This document shows positions 34,690-44,319 of a DNA stretch of 64,000 bases, piece after piece. Made by a program: the position numbers and the translations under genes. Every line of letters begins with the position of its first letter. The first letter of the stretch is position 1. Under the pieces are notes generated by a model. The model had not been told where the DNA came from and ran no database searches. It was given only the letters and a program-made list of their open reading frames with translations. Origin of the DNA: an uncultured Gammaproteobacteria bacterium (lineage in GTDB: Bacteria; Patescibacteriota; Patescibacteriia; UBA9934); contig CAYFME010000007.1 of assembly GCA_964344145.1 (NCBI GenBank), forward strand, positions 2 through 64,001, read 5' to 3'.

Positions 34690-35253
34690 ATGACCCGCAC
34701 GACCCTCGCCCTCTCCGCCCTGTCCCTGTTCGCCCTCACCGGCTGCATCGACCTGGACGGCGACGGCAACCCCGACATCAACGTCGGCGCCGAGATCTGC
34801 CTCGGCAACCACTCGAAGGTGGGCAACACCGCTGGCATCGAGTTCGACCTGTGCGTCGCCATCGGCGACAGCAACATGGTCGGCTCCCCGTTCCTGGCGG
34901 ACGGTGTGCACATCGAGTGGGTGAACGCGTACGCGGAGCAGGCGTACCAGGACGACAACTACGCCGTGACGGACTTCAACGTGAGCTGCACGGTCGAGGA
35001 CAGCGAGGGTGACCTCGTCCCCGCGACCGCGCACGTCTACACCGACGGAGCCATCGTGGACATCTACATCCCGGACATCCCCTCGCACTTCGAGGCGGAG
35101 TGCACGGGCTCGGTGACCCTCGGCTACGGCGCGTCCGACGTCCTGTTCATCGACGACAACTCGAAGGGCGAGACCACCCACGTCGAGTGGGAGGACGAGA
35201 CCATCGACGACGTCCGCGAGCGCAACGGCGAGCTCCAGATCGACTTCGACTGA
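34690..35253 (+). CDS. acidic lipoprotein (lipobox LTGC), ~66% GC, foreign
   Basis: MTRTTLALSALSLFALTGC is a signal peptide plus lipobox. The RBS ggaagag is present. Overlapping ORFs 34626..35012 and 34630..35373 were judged spurious. Confidence 0.5.
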   Translation: MTRTTLALSALSLFALTGCIDLDGDGNPDINVGAEICLGNHSKVGNTAGIEFDLCVAIGDSNMVGSPFLADGVHIEWVNAYAEQAYQDDNYAVTDFNVSCTVEDSEGDLVPATAHVYTDGAIVDIYIPDIPSHFEAECTGSVTLGYGASDVLFIDDNSKGETTHVEWEDETIDDVRERNGELQIDFD

Positions 35254-35478
35254 GCTTCGACCGCGTCCGCTGAGCACCCGCACGTAGATCCTATACCGTT
35301 GACTCGGGAAGGGTTGCGTAGCGGGTGCACTTGGTTTTAGAGAAACGTCATCGACTCCGCAGCGAGAGTGCATACGGAGCCGAGAAGGGATGCCTGCTCG
35401 CGGCAGCTGAGCGACGCCGGCGTTTCAAGGGTTGGGACCACTTGTCATGTGGGTCACTGCCGCGAGAAGGCAAAACAA

Positions 35479-35502
35479 CAATACGCCCCAGCGGACGTAT
35501 TG
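35479..35502. repeat. degenerate Family-2 palindrome (CAATACGCCCCAGCGGACGTATTG) downstream of the lipoprotein island
   Basis: It shares AATACGCC....CGTATT with family 2. Confidence 0.4.
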
Positions 35503-35525
35503 TCAAGTATCATTGGACAGAGCGC

Positions 35526-35837
35526 TTAGCTCTTCTTTTTTGTTTCAGTGGTTTTTGAAAGTTTCAGAAGTACGGATGTCATGATGACCAGAACAAGGGT
35601 CACGGCGAGCGCGTAGATGAATTTAGCCATCACCGAGTCTTGCGCAAGAGGATAGTAGGCTTCGATGAAACCTTTAATAGCTTCGTTCCATGCAAGTCCC
35701 GCGACAAGTCCGAACGCTGCAGTGAGGTAGCTGATTGTTCTTTCTCGGACATCGCTTGCTACCTTTGAGGATCGTTTTTTTACGTCTTTCATATCAACGT
35801 CACCATCACCGTCTGCGTCGAACAGTTTCCAGATCAT
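35526..35837 (-). CDS. small membrane protein with an N-terminal EF-hand-like loop (DADGDGDVDMKD)
   Basis: A DxDxDG loop lies at the N-terminus, followed by two TM segments and a K-rich tail. Confidence 0.45.
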   Translation of the reverse strand: MIWKLFDADGDGDVDMKDVKKRSSKVASDVRERTISYLTAAFGLVAGLAWNEAIKGFIEAYYPLAQDSVMAKFIYALAVTLVLVIMTSVLLKLSKTTETKKKS

Positions 35838-35838
35838 A

Positions 35839-38472
35839 TTATTTCACGCTGACTTTTACTTTTTCTTTTACAACGTCGATAAGGACGTCTGCTTCTTCCG
35901 GCACCTCGTTCTTCACAATCTTCATTGCCAATGGATCCAGGATTTCCGTTTGAATGATGCGTTTTAGTGGGCGAGCGCCATACTGCGGATCAAACCCACG
36001 TTCCGCAAGGAACTTGCGCGTCTTTGCGTTTACTTTTAAGTCAATGTGACGCTGTTCTTGCAAGCGCTTTGCAACCTGATCGATCTGTAACTGAACGATT
36101 TCAGAGATGTGCTCCTGCGACAAGGCGTGGAAGAAAATAATGTCGTCGATTCGGTTGAGGAACTCTGGTCGGAACTGTTCACGAAGCTGCTCGATGACCT
36201 TGTCTTGTACACCATCATGCTCACTCTTGCCGTTTCCATCATCAAATCCAATGTCACCATGCTTTCCTGAGTTGAGGATCATGTCTGAACCAACATTCGA
36301 TGTCATGATGATGATGGTATTTTTGAAGTTGACCTTACGTCCCTTTGCATCGGTCAGATGTCCATCGTCAAGCACTTGCAGCAACATGTTAAAGACGTCC
36401 GGGTGTCCTTTTTCAATCTCGTCGAACAATACGACCGAGTAGGGTCGTCGGCGGATTTTCTCTGTGAGTTGTCCGGCCTCATCGTGACCAATGTATCCTG
36501 GAGGCGATCCGATCATCTTGCTGACTGAATGCTTTTCCATGTACTCGGACATGTCCACGCGAATGAGCGCGTCTTCATCATCAAACAAGAATTCTGCAAG
36601 CGCTTTCGCAAGCTCGGTTTTACCAACACCCGTTGGGCCCAGGAAGATGAATGATCCAATCGGACGCTTTTCTTCTGAGATGCCTGCGCGCGAACGTCGC
36701 AACGCATTGCTGACAGCCTTGATCGCTTCTTCCTGACCAATAACGCGCTTTTGTAGATTCTCTTCCATTTGCGCAAGCTTCTCCATTTCGCTCTTGAGCA
36801 TTTTGGAAACCGGGATCTGTGTCCATCGCGCAACAACACCGGCGATTTCCTCTTCGCCGATCTCTTCTGTTAACAATCCACGCTCTTCCTGGAACGATTT
36901 AAGCTCTTCTTGTTTCTTCACGAGCTCCTCACGCTTCTTTGGGATGATGGCGTAGCGAATCTCAGCAACCTTTTCCAAGTCACCTTTACGCTCTTCGATC
37001 TCGGACTCATTAGAAAGCTTGTCGATTTCATCTTTCAGATCACGAATGTTCTGAATGAGGTCTTTTTCGTTTTTCCAGCGGAGCTCGAGTTCACCAGCCT
37101 CTTCCTTATGATCGGCGATGGCTTTCTCGATTTCCTTGAGTCGAGCCTTTGATTTCTTGTCTTTCTCTTTGAGCAATGATTGACGCTCAACCTCAAGACG
37201 CATCTCCTCGCGTTTCAAGCGATCGAGATCTTCGGGCATCGAATCGATTTGCATGCGCAGTGCCGCCGCAGATTCATCAACAAGGTCAATAGCCTTATCT
37301 GGCAGATTGCGATCGGTAATGTAACGCGTGGAAAGATCAACAGCCGCGACAATGGCTGCGTCGCTGATGCGAACACCGTGGTGAATCTCGTATTTCTCTT
37401 TGATTCCACGCAGAATGGCGACCGCGTCATCGCGCGTTGGCTCATGCACCATGACCGGCTGGAAACGTCGTTCGAGCGCAGCGTCCTTTTCAATATACTT
37501 TTGATATTCCTTGAGTGTTGTGGCTCCAATGACACGCAGCTCGCCGCGGGCGAGGGCGGGCTTGAGCATGTTGGAAGCATCCATTGGCGACTCGTCACCC
37601 TTTCCAGCACCTACAAGCGTGTGAAGTTCATCAATAAACAAAATCATGCGCCCGTCGGCCTGTTCGATTTCTTTGATAACAGCCTTTAGACGTTCTTCAA
37701 ACTCACCGCGGAACTTTGTTCCAGCAACAAGAGAGCCAAGGTCAAGCGAGATGATCTCACGGTCCTTCAGCATCTCGGGCACGTCTCCGGCAACAATACG
37801 CTGTGCAAGCCCCTCTGCAATCGCTGTTTTACCAACACCCGCTTCACCAACCAGGACAGGATTGTTCTTCGTTCGACGGACGAGCACTTGCATGATGCGG
37901 CGAATCTCTTCATCGCGACCAATAATCGGATCCATTTTTCCTTCACGTGCACGATCGGTGAGATTGATCGAGTACTTTTCCAGTGCTTGGAACTTTGACT
38001 CAGGATCAGCGGAGTCGACCTTTTGATTTCCACGCACTTCTTTGAGCGTTTCCAAAACGCGTTCCTCGTTGATGCCGTGACTTTCAAGGAACTTACTTAT
38101 TTGTCGATTTGAATTGAGTCCAAGCAGTAAGTGCTCTGTTGAAATGTAGTCGTCTCCGAATTCCTTTGCTGTCTTGGCGGCATGTTGCAGCACCTTTGCA
38201 AGCATTGGACTCAGAAGAACTTGCCCCATGCCTGCCTGCCCGAATCCAAAGTTTTTTGGGAGCGACTCGATGATGTGATTGATGTTTTGTCGCAGATCAT
38301 TCATCGGTGCGCCCATTTTTTGCAAAAGCGTCACGACGATTCCGTCGTCTTGATGGGCAAGGGCGGCAAGAAGGTGAATCGGTTCAACTGCTTGCTGACC
38401 GTTTTCATTGGCAAGCATCTGTGCGATCTGAATGGCCTCTTGAGATTTTGAAGTAAAGTTGTTTGGTAACAT
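35839..38472 (-). CDS. clpB: ATP-dependent chaperone ClpB
   Basis: A Clp-N domain, two AAA+ modules ([15 protein letters not shown] and [15 protein letters not shown]) and a long coiled-coil M-domain are present. The start MLPNNF at 38472 is likely. Confidence 0.9.
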   Translation of the reverse strand: MLPNNFTSKSQEAIQIAQMLANENGQQAVEPIHLLAALAHQDDGIVVTLLQKMGAPMNDLRQNINHIIESLPKNFGFGQAGMGQVLLSPMLAKVLQHAAKTAKEFGDDYISTEHLLLGLNSNRQISKFLESHGINEERVLETLKEVRGNQKVDSADPESKFQALEKYSINLTDRAREGKMDPIIGRDEEIRRIMQVLVRRTKNNPVLVGEAGVGKTAIAEGLAQRIVAGDVPEMLKDREIISLDLGSLVAGTKFRGEFEERLKAVIKEIEQADGRMILFIDELHTLVGAGKGDESPMDASNMLKPALARGELRVIGATTLKEYQKYIEKDAALERRFQPVMVHEPTRDDAVAILRGIKEKYEIHHGVRISDAAIVAAVDLSTRYITDRNLPDKAIDLVDESAAALRMQIDSMPEDLDRLKREEMRLEVERQSLLKEKDKKSKARLKEIEKAIADHKEEAGELELRWKNEKDLIQNIRDLKDEIDKLSNESEIEERKGDLEKVAEIRYAIIPKKREELVKKQEELKSFQEERGLLTEEIGEEEIAGVVARWTQIPVSKMLKSEMEKLAQMEENLQKRVIGQEEAIKAVSNALRRSRAGISEEKRPIGSFIFLGPTGVGKTELAKALAEFLFDDEDALIRVDMSEYMEKHSVSKMIGSPPGYIGHDEAGQLTEKIRRRPYSVVLFDEIEKGHPDVFNMLLQVLDDGHLTDAKGRKVNFKNTIIIMTSNVGSDMILNSGKHGDIGFDDGNGKSEHDGVQDKVIEQLREQFRPEFLNRIDDIIFFHALSQEHISEIVQLQIDQVAKRLQEQRHIDLKVNAKTRKFLAERGFDPQYGARPLKRIIQTEILDPLAMKIVKNEVPEEADVLIDVVKEKVKVSVK

Positions 38473-38547
38473 AAAATCGTCTCCTATTAGCACTCTCAAT
38501 GGTAGACTGCTAATTTTGCTTTGTCAAGAACTTGTCCAGATGCACAG

Positions 38548-38575
38548 TGGCCCTGCCGGAGGGGGCAGGGCCACA
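38548..38575. terminator. perfect GC-rich palindrome gtggccctgcc-ggag-ggggcagggccac downstream of the GC-rich gene
   Basis: Seen in the sequence. It has no U-tract, as in high-GC style terminators. Confidence 0.4.
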
Positions 38576-38591
38576 GGGCCACATGTTCGCA

Positions 38592-39140
38592 CTAGTGGTA
38601 GCGCGGGTGGGAGACGGAGAAGTGGTAGGAGTGGAAGACCATGTCGCCCATCGCGATGAGGAAGAAGGTGACGCAGAAGATGCCACACACGACGGCGCAG
38701 AAGCCGGCGAAGCCAGCGACCTCGGCGAGGTTGCGCACGCGGTGCGTGTACATCGAAGCAGGCATGGGCCAGTTCTTCGGGTGTCCCTTGAGCTCGTGGA
38801 CGAGCACGAGCAACGCGGCGTGCCGGTAGTGCTCGTTGTTCTGGATGCTCCTGCGGAGCCGCTCGCGCGCGTTGTACACGTGCGTGTAGAAGCTGCGGAA
38901 GCTCGGCTCCAGACCCTCCTTCGACATGAAGTTCAGGGCGTGCCAGAGCTTCCGGCTCGCGAGGTTGATGTCCAGCGTCTCCATGGCGCGGCTGATCGCG
39001 TCGCGGACGTTGCGCTCGACCAGGCGCCGCTCGGGCTCCAGCCAGATGACGTGGATCAGCCACCACGCGACGAAGCCGAGCAAGGCGATGGCGAGGAAGA
39101 GACCGGAGACTGACATGAAGGCGGCGGTGTGCATGGTCAT
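38592..39140 (-). CDS. hypothetical 2-TM membrane protein, ~65% GC (foreign)
   Basis: It is the only one of three overlapping ORFs with protein-like composition. TM helices lie at both ends. Confidence 0.45.
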   Translation of the reverse strand: MTMHTAAFMSVSGLFLAIALLGFVAWWLIHVIWLEPERRLVERNVRDAISRAMETLDINLASRKLWHALNFMSKEGLEPSFRSFYTHVYNARERLRRSIQNNEHYRHAALLVLVHELKGHPKNWPMPASMYTHRVRNLAEVAGFAGFCAVVCGIFCVTFFLIAMGDMVFHSYHFSVSHPRYH

Positions 39141-39158
39141 TCCTTGGGAAAGGGGCGA

Positions 39159-39215
39159 GTAAAATTAGCACATTGAGCCGCGATTGTCAATGTGCTCTAT
39201 GTGCCTTAAAATAGA
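39159..39215 (+). promoter_or_regulatory. promoter region for 39222: 10-bp inverted repeat agcacattga/tcaatgtgct overlapping a -35 TTGTCA, with -10 TAAAAT
   Basis: The sequence reads agcacattgagccgcgattgtcaatgtgctctatgtgccttaaaat. Confidence 0.35.
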
Positions 39216-39221
39216 CCCATT

Positions 39222-39626
39222 ATGACAATGAAAAAGGCTTGGCTTATTATCGGTATCGTTCTTCTCGCGCATGCGATTGGGTTGGTTTTCGACCTGTATG
39301 AGCTTATTGAGTGGTATGACGTTCCTATGCATGCAGGCGGTGGATTTGCCATGGGGGCGCTAGGATTGGCGATTTGGAACGAAGGCATTGAGGAGGTGCG
39401 GTTTAAAGGGGCTCTGCAACGTCATTTGAAATGGTGGCTTGTTCCTGGAATTGTCCTCGGGTTCGTGGCCTTAGTTGGCGTCCTTTGGGAAGTGCATGAA
39501 TGGCTATTGGATGAGTTTGTTGGTGGAGGTACGCTGCGCCAACCGGATGTTGCCGATACGATGGCCGACTTTATTTTTGATCTTTTGGGTGGTATAGCTG
39601 CTTTGGCTATCTGGAGACGTAAGTGA
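39222..39626 (+). CDS. hypothetical membrane protein (3-4 TM)
   Basis: The 134 aa product is hydrophobic and includes HEWLLDEF and DFIFDLLGG. Confidence 0.5.
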   Translation: MTMKKAWLIIGIVLLAHAIGLVFDLYELIEWYDVPMHAGGGFAMGALGLAIWNEGIEEVRFKGALQRHLKWWLVPGIVLGFVALVGVLWEVHEWLLDEFVGGGTLRQPDVADTMADFIFDLLGGIAALAIWRRK

Positions 39627-39653
39627 ACATTTGTGGCGATCGTCACAAATGTT
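39626..39653. repeat. Family-3 palindrome copy a (AACATTTGTGGCGATCGTCACAAATGTT), between 39222..39626 and the wecB-like gene
   Basis: A 28-bp near-perfect palindrome with one mismatch pair has a CGATCG core. TTGACC follows it. Confidence 0.65.
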
Positions 39654-39664
39654 GACCAACTAGT

Positions 39665-40480
39665 ATGCGTTCACACACGATCCTCAATGTAAAGATCGAC
39701 GATTTGTCAGACGATGAGCTGCGTCAGACGCTTTCAATGTGGCTGGAGTCGTCAAAAGGGAAGGTCATTGTGACGCCAAACGCGGAAATGTTACTTCTGT
39801 CGCGTCGCAACCATGCATTCTTGTCGCGACTCAATGCCGCAGATCTTTCGTTGCCGGATGCGGTGAGCCTACGTTACGCAGTAGCAGCTTTGACCGATGC
39901 GCAACTCGAGCACCGCCACACCGGCGTTGATACGCTCGAGATCATTGCGGCGCTTTGTCAGAAGCAAGGGAAGCGACTGTTATTGCTCGGGGGTGCGCCA
40001 AAGGCGGCTGATGCGTCTGCGAAGATGTTGTTGGATCGGTACAATGGATTAGATGTCCACGGCATTGATCCTGGCGAGGTGTTGTTCGAAAGCGGTCAAG
40101 TACGCATTCCAAGGGCTATAGAGGTCGTCATTCAGCGTCTTGAACCGGATGTTATTGCTGTTGCTCTCGGCCAACGCAAGCAAGAGGCGTTTATCGATCA
40201 ATACATGTCGTCGTTCCCAACGGTGTCATTTATGATCGGTGTTGGCGGGGCGTTTGAAATGATCTCCGGTCAGAAAAAACGCGGACCAAAATGGATGCGT
40301 GCTATCGGTCTGGAGTTCATTTGGCGCGTGTTGATTGAACCTCGTCGAGCTGGTAGGATCATCCGTGCAAGCATAGTCTTTCCGATCGTCGTCGCCGCTG
40401 AGTCGGTGAAGAAAAAACGGTTCATCAAAGCGCTCGGAGGCGTCTTTCCAGAAGTCTTTCGTCAACTGACCAATCGATAA
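39665..40480 (+). CDS. WecB/TagA/CpsF family (GT26) glycosyltransferase
   Basis: KVIVTPNAEMLL...LLLGGAP...GVGGAFE is the family pattern. Confidence 0.75.
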   Translation: MRSHTILNVKIDDLSDDELRQTLSMWLESSKGKVIVTPNAEMLLLSRRNHAFLSRLNAADLSLPDAVSLRYAVAALTDAQLEHRHTGVDTLEIIAALCQKQGKRLLLLGGAPKAADASAKMLLDRYNGLDVHGIDPGEVLFESGQVRIPRAIEVVIQRLEPDVIAVALGQRKQEAFIDQYMSSFPTVSFMIGVGGAFEMISGQKKRGPKWMRAIGLEFIWRVLIEPRRAGRIIRASIVFPIVVAAESVKKKRFIKALGGVFPEVFRQLTNR

Positions 40481-40481
40481 T

Positions 40482-41921
40482 ATGTCCAAGCTAGCACGAA
40501 CAAGAATCGCCCCAAGTCCAACGGGCTACATGCACATTGGTACTCTGCGAACATCGTTGTTCGACTATTTTTTGGCAAAACAAACCGGTGGTCAGTTTGT
40601 GATTCGCATTGAGGATACGGACCGTGAACGTTTGGTGGAGGGGGCAACGGAAGCATTGTTGGAGGCGTTTAAGCGTGTTGGCATCGATTACGACGAAGGA
40701 CCGGACGTTGGCGGTGATTACGGACCATATGTTCAGTCAGAGCGTTTGGATATTTACCGACCATACGTTGATCAGTTGATCGAGCAAGGTGATGCCTATC
40801 CGTGTTTTTGTACAAAGGAGCGATTGGGTGAGATGCGCGAGCAACAACGTGCTACAAAGCAAACGCCAAAGTATGATCGTCAGTGTCTGTCGTTGTCTAA
40901 GGGTGAGGTCACAAAGCGTTTGGCTGATGGCGAAGCGCACGTCATTCGTATGAAGGTGCCTGATGGTGAGACAACCTTCGACGATGCCGTTCGAGGAACG
41001 GTAAAGGTGGATAATAGTGACGTTGATGATCAGGTGTTGTTGAAGTCCGATGGGTTTCCGACGTATCACATGGCGGTTGTCGTCGATGATGAACTCATGG
41101 ATATCACACATATTCTCCGTGGTGAAGAATGGCTTTCGTCAACGCCGAAGCATGTCATGCTCATGAAGATGCTTGGTTTCTCCCAGCCGACATTCGCGCA
41201 CGTACCGCTTTTGTTGAATCCAGACAAAACAAAACTCTCAAAGCGTCAGGGTGACGTTGCTGTAGAAGATTATCTAGATAAAGGGTACCTCCCAGCGGCG
41301 TTGATCAATTTCGTCGGAACGCTCGGCTTTAATCCAACCGGTAATCGTGAGATTTATTCTCTTAACGAACTTGTTGAGATGTTCGACTTGTCGAAGGTTA
41401 AGAAGAGTGGGGCAGTGATGAATATTGAGAAGCTCGACTGGATGAACCAGCAGTATATGAAAGAACTGGGTCTTGATGAAATTGCCGAGGTGGCAGAGCC
41501 GTTTGTGAAGGCGGATGCAAGTGACGCATTAGTGAAACGCGCGTTGTTTGTTGAGCGTGAGCGTGTGCATCGACTAACGGAGTTTGCGGGTGCTATCAAG
41601 CCGTATCTCAAGCATAAGAAACCAAAAGCGGAAGAACTTGTTTGGAAAAAGGCTGATGCGACTGATGCCAAAAAACAGCTTGAAGGTGTGCGTGAAGAGA
41701 TCGGTAACATGCCTGACGACATCTTTGACGAGATTTCGTACATCGAAGATCGTGTTAAGGCGTATATCGCTGATGGTGGTCTGCAAAACGGAAATGTTCT
41801 CTGGCCTCTGCGTGTCGCCCTTTCTGGCGAAAAGAAATCGGCAAGTCCGTTTGAATTTTTGTGGGTGCTTGGTAGGGAAGAGAGTCTCAAGCGCATTGAT
41901 AAGGCGTTAAGCGTGTTATAA
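40482..41921 (+). CDS. gltX: glutamyl-tRNA synthetase
   Basis: The HIGH-region RIAPSPTGYMHIGTLRTSLF and KMSKS-like KLSKRQ motifs are present. Confidence 0.9.
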   Translation: MSKLARTRIAPSPTGYMHIGTLRTSLFDYFLAKQTGGQFVIRIEDTDRERLVEGATEALLEAFKRVGIDYDEGPDVGGDYGPYVQSERLDIYRPYVDQLIEQGDAYPCFCTKERLGEMREQQRATKQTPKYDRQCLSLSKGEVTKRLADGEAHVIRMKVPDGETTFDDAVRGTVKVDNSDVDDQVLLKSDGFPTYHMAVVVDDELMDITHILRGEEWLSSTPKHVMLMKMLGFSQPTFAHVPLLLNPDKTKLSKRQGDVAVEDYLDKGYLPAALINFVGTLGFNPTGNREIYSLNELVEMFDLSKVKKSGAVMNIEKLDWMNQQYMKELGLDEIAEVAEPFVKADASDALVKRALFVERERVHRLTEFAGAIKPYLKHKKPKAEELVWKKADATDAKKQLEGVREEIGNMPDDIFDEISYIEDRVKAYIADGGLQNGNVLWPLRVALSGEKKSASPFEFLWVLGREESLKRIDKALSVL

Positions 41922-41928
41922 TAGGTTC

Positions 41929-43107
41929 ATGAGGAGGTTTACTTCTCTGATATTGCTTCTTTCTTTGGGAATGTGGCCATTCTCAGATTTTGTGGTTGCA
42001 CAGGAGGCAAGTGTGGACGACGTGAATGAGTTGCAGGACGAGATCGACGCCCGTGAAGCGCAAATTGACGCCATCAACCGCAAGATCGACGAATATCGTG
42101 AACAAATCAACTATTATTCCAACCAGTCCGCCTCACTTGCAGCGGACATTGCGCTGATTGAGAACCAAACAGCGCTCCTGGAGCTCGATATCCAGTCAAC
42201 AGAAGCGCAAGTGGAAACAAAGGAGCTGGAGCTGGCGATTTTGGAGGAAGCGATAAAGGAACAAGAGGCCAAGATTTCGTATCAGCGCGGCATTCTCGAA
42301 GAGATGATCTTTGAGTTGAATAAGAACGATGGGGTTGGGTTTATTGAGGTCCTGTTTGGTGCAGAGGACTTTAATGAACTGTTTTCCGCGGTTGAGCACT
42401 TGGAAAGTGTGAACGAGGAGATGAATACGGCTCTTGAGGAGACGCACGAGACGCGTCAACGGCTTTCGGAGAACAAGTTGAAGCAAGAGGAGAATCTTGA
42501 TGAACTTTTGGCGCTGCAGGACGAAATGGAGTTGCAGTTGATCCAGTTGGATCAGTCTGCTGAAGCAAAGGAAGTGCTGATTGCAAACACGGAGGCGTCT
42601 GAGTCGCAGTATCGCGTGTTGATGAGTGAGCTTCGCCAGGAGCAGGCGTATATCAATCAGCAGCTTGTTCAGTTGCAGCAAGATTTAGAAGGGAAGATCT
42701 CTAGCTTGGACGAACTTGGTGACGCGACGATCTTCACCTGGCCTGCAACGGGCATCATCACTGCCATCTTTCACGATCCATCGTATCCATTCCGCCATCT
42801 GTTCGAACATGGTGGGTTGGATGTTGCTATGCCAACGGGGACGCCGATTGAGGCGTCAGCGCCAGGTTACGTTGCTTGGGCACGTACAGGACGGTCGTAT
42901 GGAAACTACGTGATGATTATCCACGCGGATGGCTATGCGACGCTCTACGCTCACTTGTCGAGCATCAATGTAAGTGCTGACCAGTTTGTTTCAAGAGGGC
43001 AGGTGATTGGCTATTCGGGAAATACGGGACTGTCAACCGGCCCACACCTTCACTTTGAAATCCGCAAGGATGGTATCCCAGTTGATCCCCAGTTGTACTT
43101 ACAGTAG
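41929..43107 (+). CDS. M23 family metallopeptidase with an N-terminal coiled coil (EnvC-like)
   Basis: HGGLDVAMPTGTPI...GNTGLSTGPHLHFEI is the M23 signature. Confidence 0.75.
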   Translation: MRRFTSLILLLSLGMWPFSDFVVAQEASVDDVNELQDEIDAREAQIDAINRKIDEYREQINYYSNQSASLAADIALIENQTALLELDIQSTEAQVETKELELAILEEAIKEQEAKISYQRGILEEMIFELNKNDGVGFIEVLFGAEDFNELFSAVEHLESVNEEMNTALEETHETRQRLSENKLKQEENLDELLALQDEMELQLIQLDQSAEAKEVLIANTEASESQYRVLMSELRQEQAYINQQLVQLQQDLEGKISSLDELGDATIFTWPATGIITAIFHDPSYPFRHLFEHGGLDVAMPTGTPIEASAPGYVAWARTGRSYGNYVMIIHADGYATLYAHLSSINVSADQFVSRGQVIGYSGNTGLSTGPHLHFEIRKDGIPVDPQLYLQ

Positions 43108-43433
43108 GAAAGGTGACTGCGTCATTTTCGTTTTACGACGCATGTGCGGAGAAGGGTGATGCTGGGCGAGGGAGGTGAAAGGTAGAGAGCTAAGACAAAA
43201 AGATGCTTTAGATTTGTCAGTTATTGTACTGACAAATGACATGACCTTATAAATTTTCTTACTAGGTATAAGAAGGACTTATACACAGGTTATTTCACTA
43301 ATGTTAGTAACGTTTCGTCCGATTTTCACAACTTCCATGACCCACCCTACGTGGGCGATCAAGCTGTGGTGTCGTATAAGATATATTGTGCGACACATAG
43401 TATTTCAGAGAAACAACAGCGCATGCTGCCCTT

Positions 43434-44318
43434 TTACTTTACGTACACACGATTGCCAAAGCGTACGTCAATGTACTCCACCGCCCCCAGATCGCCCTCA
43501 TACTCATCGAGGATGACTTCTAAGTTAGCCAGCTGATCATACCCGTCACCGTTGAGATCAAAGTAGATGTCTGGACCGGCCAGAAGGTTGACTATTGCCC
43601 AATCAGAGCCAGCTTGTTCGATCTCGATACTCTCTACTGTCACCATGTAGCGCTCAATCTCCTTGTTTACGATCGTCAGAACCTCAACACCATTTGCAAG
43701 TAAGACTTGGCTGTTTTGCGACACTTCTTCCCCACCCTGCTCAAAGACCACGAAAATTTCTTCGGACTGAATAACATGCTGCCGCTCCCCTTCTCCGTAC
43801 AGTAGTGCTCGGACGTCGTTGACTTCCTCCTCGTTGAGCCCCTTTACAACAAATCCGTCTTGATCAACAAAGTACAACTGTTCGCCGTGCGCCCAAATGA
43901 GCGATGTCACGCGTTCTTGAACAGTAATAGTGAGTGACCGACCGTCACGAACAACATCAGCATCGAGAAGAGCAAATTCGCTCAGAATATTATCCTTAAG
44001 GGCGCCTTCGTTCACGAGCCAGATGTGATTCTGTGGCACGACATCCCAGTGCTTCTTATTCAGATGATCCCAAGCGTACGCTTCGATCTGGTCAGGTTCG
44101 AGGGTGATAGATCCTTCAACAGTCACGGCGTTGATGTAAAACAGCGGCAAAACCACCATCAGCCAAGGAATGCCGATGAGAACGACAAGAACGATCAATA
44201 GTCGGACAAGGCGCTTTGTCCATGGAACGATTTTTTTGCCTGAAAAATACGGATTCTTGAATCGGTCCGATGTGTACCGTCGGGCATGATGCCGTTTCAT
44301 GAAGTTGCGTCGTCGCAT
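43434..44318 (-). CDS. ftsQ: cell division protein FtsQ/DivIB-like
   Basis: A single TM helix is followed by POTRA-like domains. It lies upstream of alr. Confidence 0.55.
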   Translation of the reverse strand: MRRRNFMKRHHARRYTSDRFKNPYFSGKKIVPWTKRLVRLLIVLVVLIGIPWLMVVLPLFYINAVTVEGSITLEPDQIEAYAWDHLNKKHWDVVPQNHIWLVNEGALKDNILSEFALLDADVVRDGRSLTITVQERVTSLIWAHGEQLYFVDQDGFVVKGLNEEEVNDVRALLYGEGERQHVIQSEEIFVVFEQGGEEVSQNSQVLLANGVEVLTIVNKEIERYMVTVESIEIEQAGSDWAIVNLLAGPDIYFDLNGDGYDQLANLEVILDEYEGDLGAVEYIDVRFGNRVYVK

Positions 44319-44319
44319 G

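Noticed and set aside
34626-35373. ORFs 34626..35012 (+) and 34630..35373 (-)
   Set aside because: They are Arg/Gly/Pro-rich out-of-frame shadows of the 66% GC lipoprotein gene.
38524-39171. ORFs 38524..39171 (-) and 38532..39113 (+)
   Set aside because: They have low-complexity R/P/A composition typical of spurious frames in high-GC DNA. The 38592..39140 frame has TM helices and protein-like composition.
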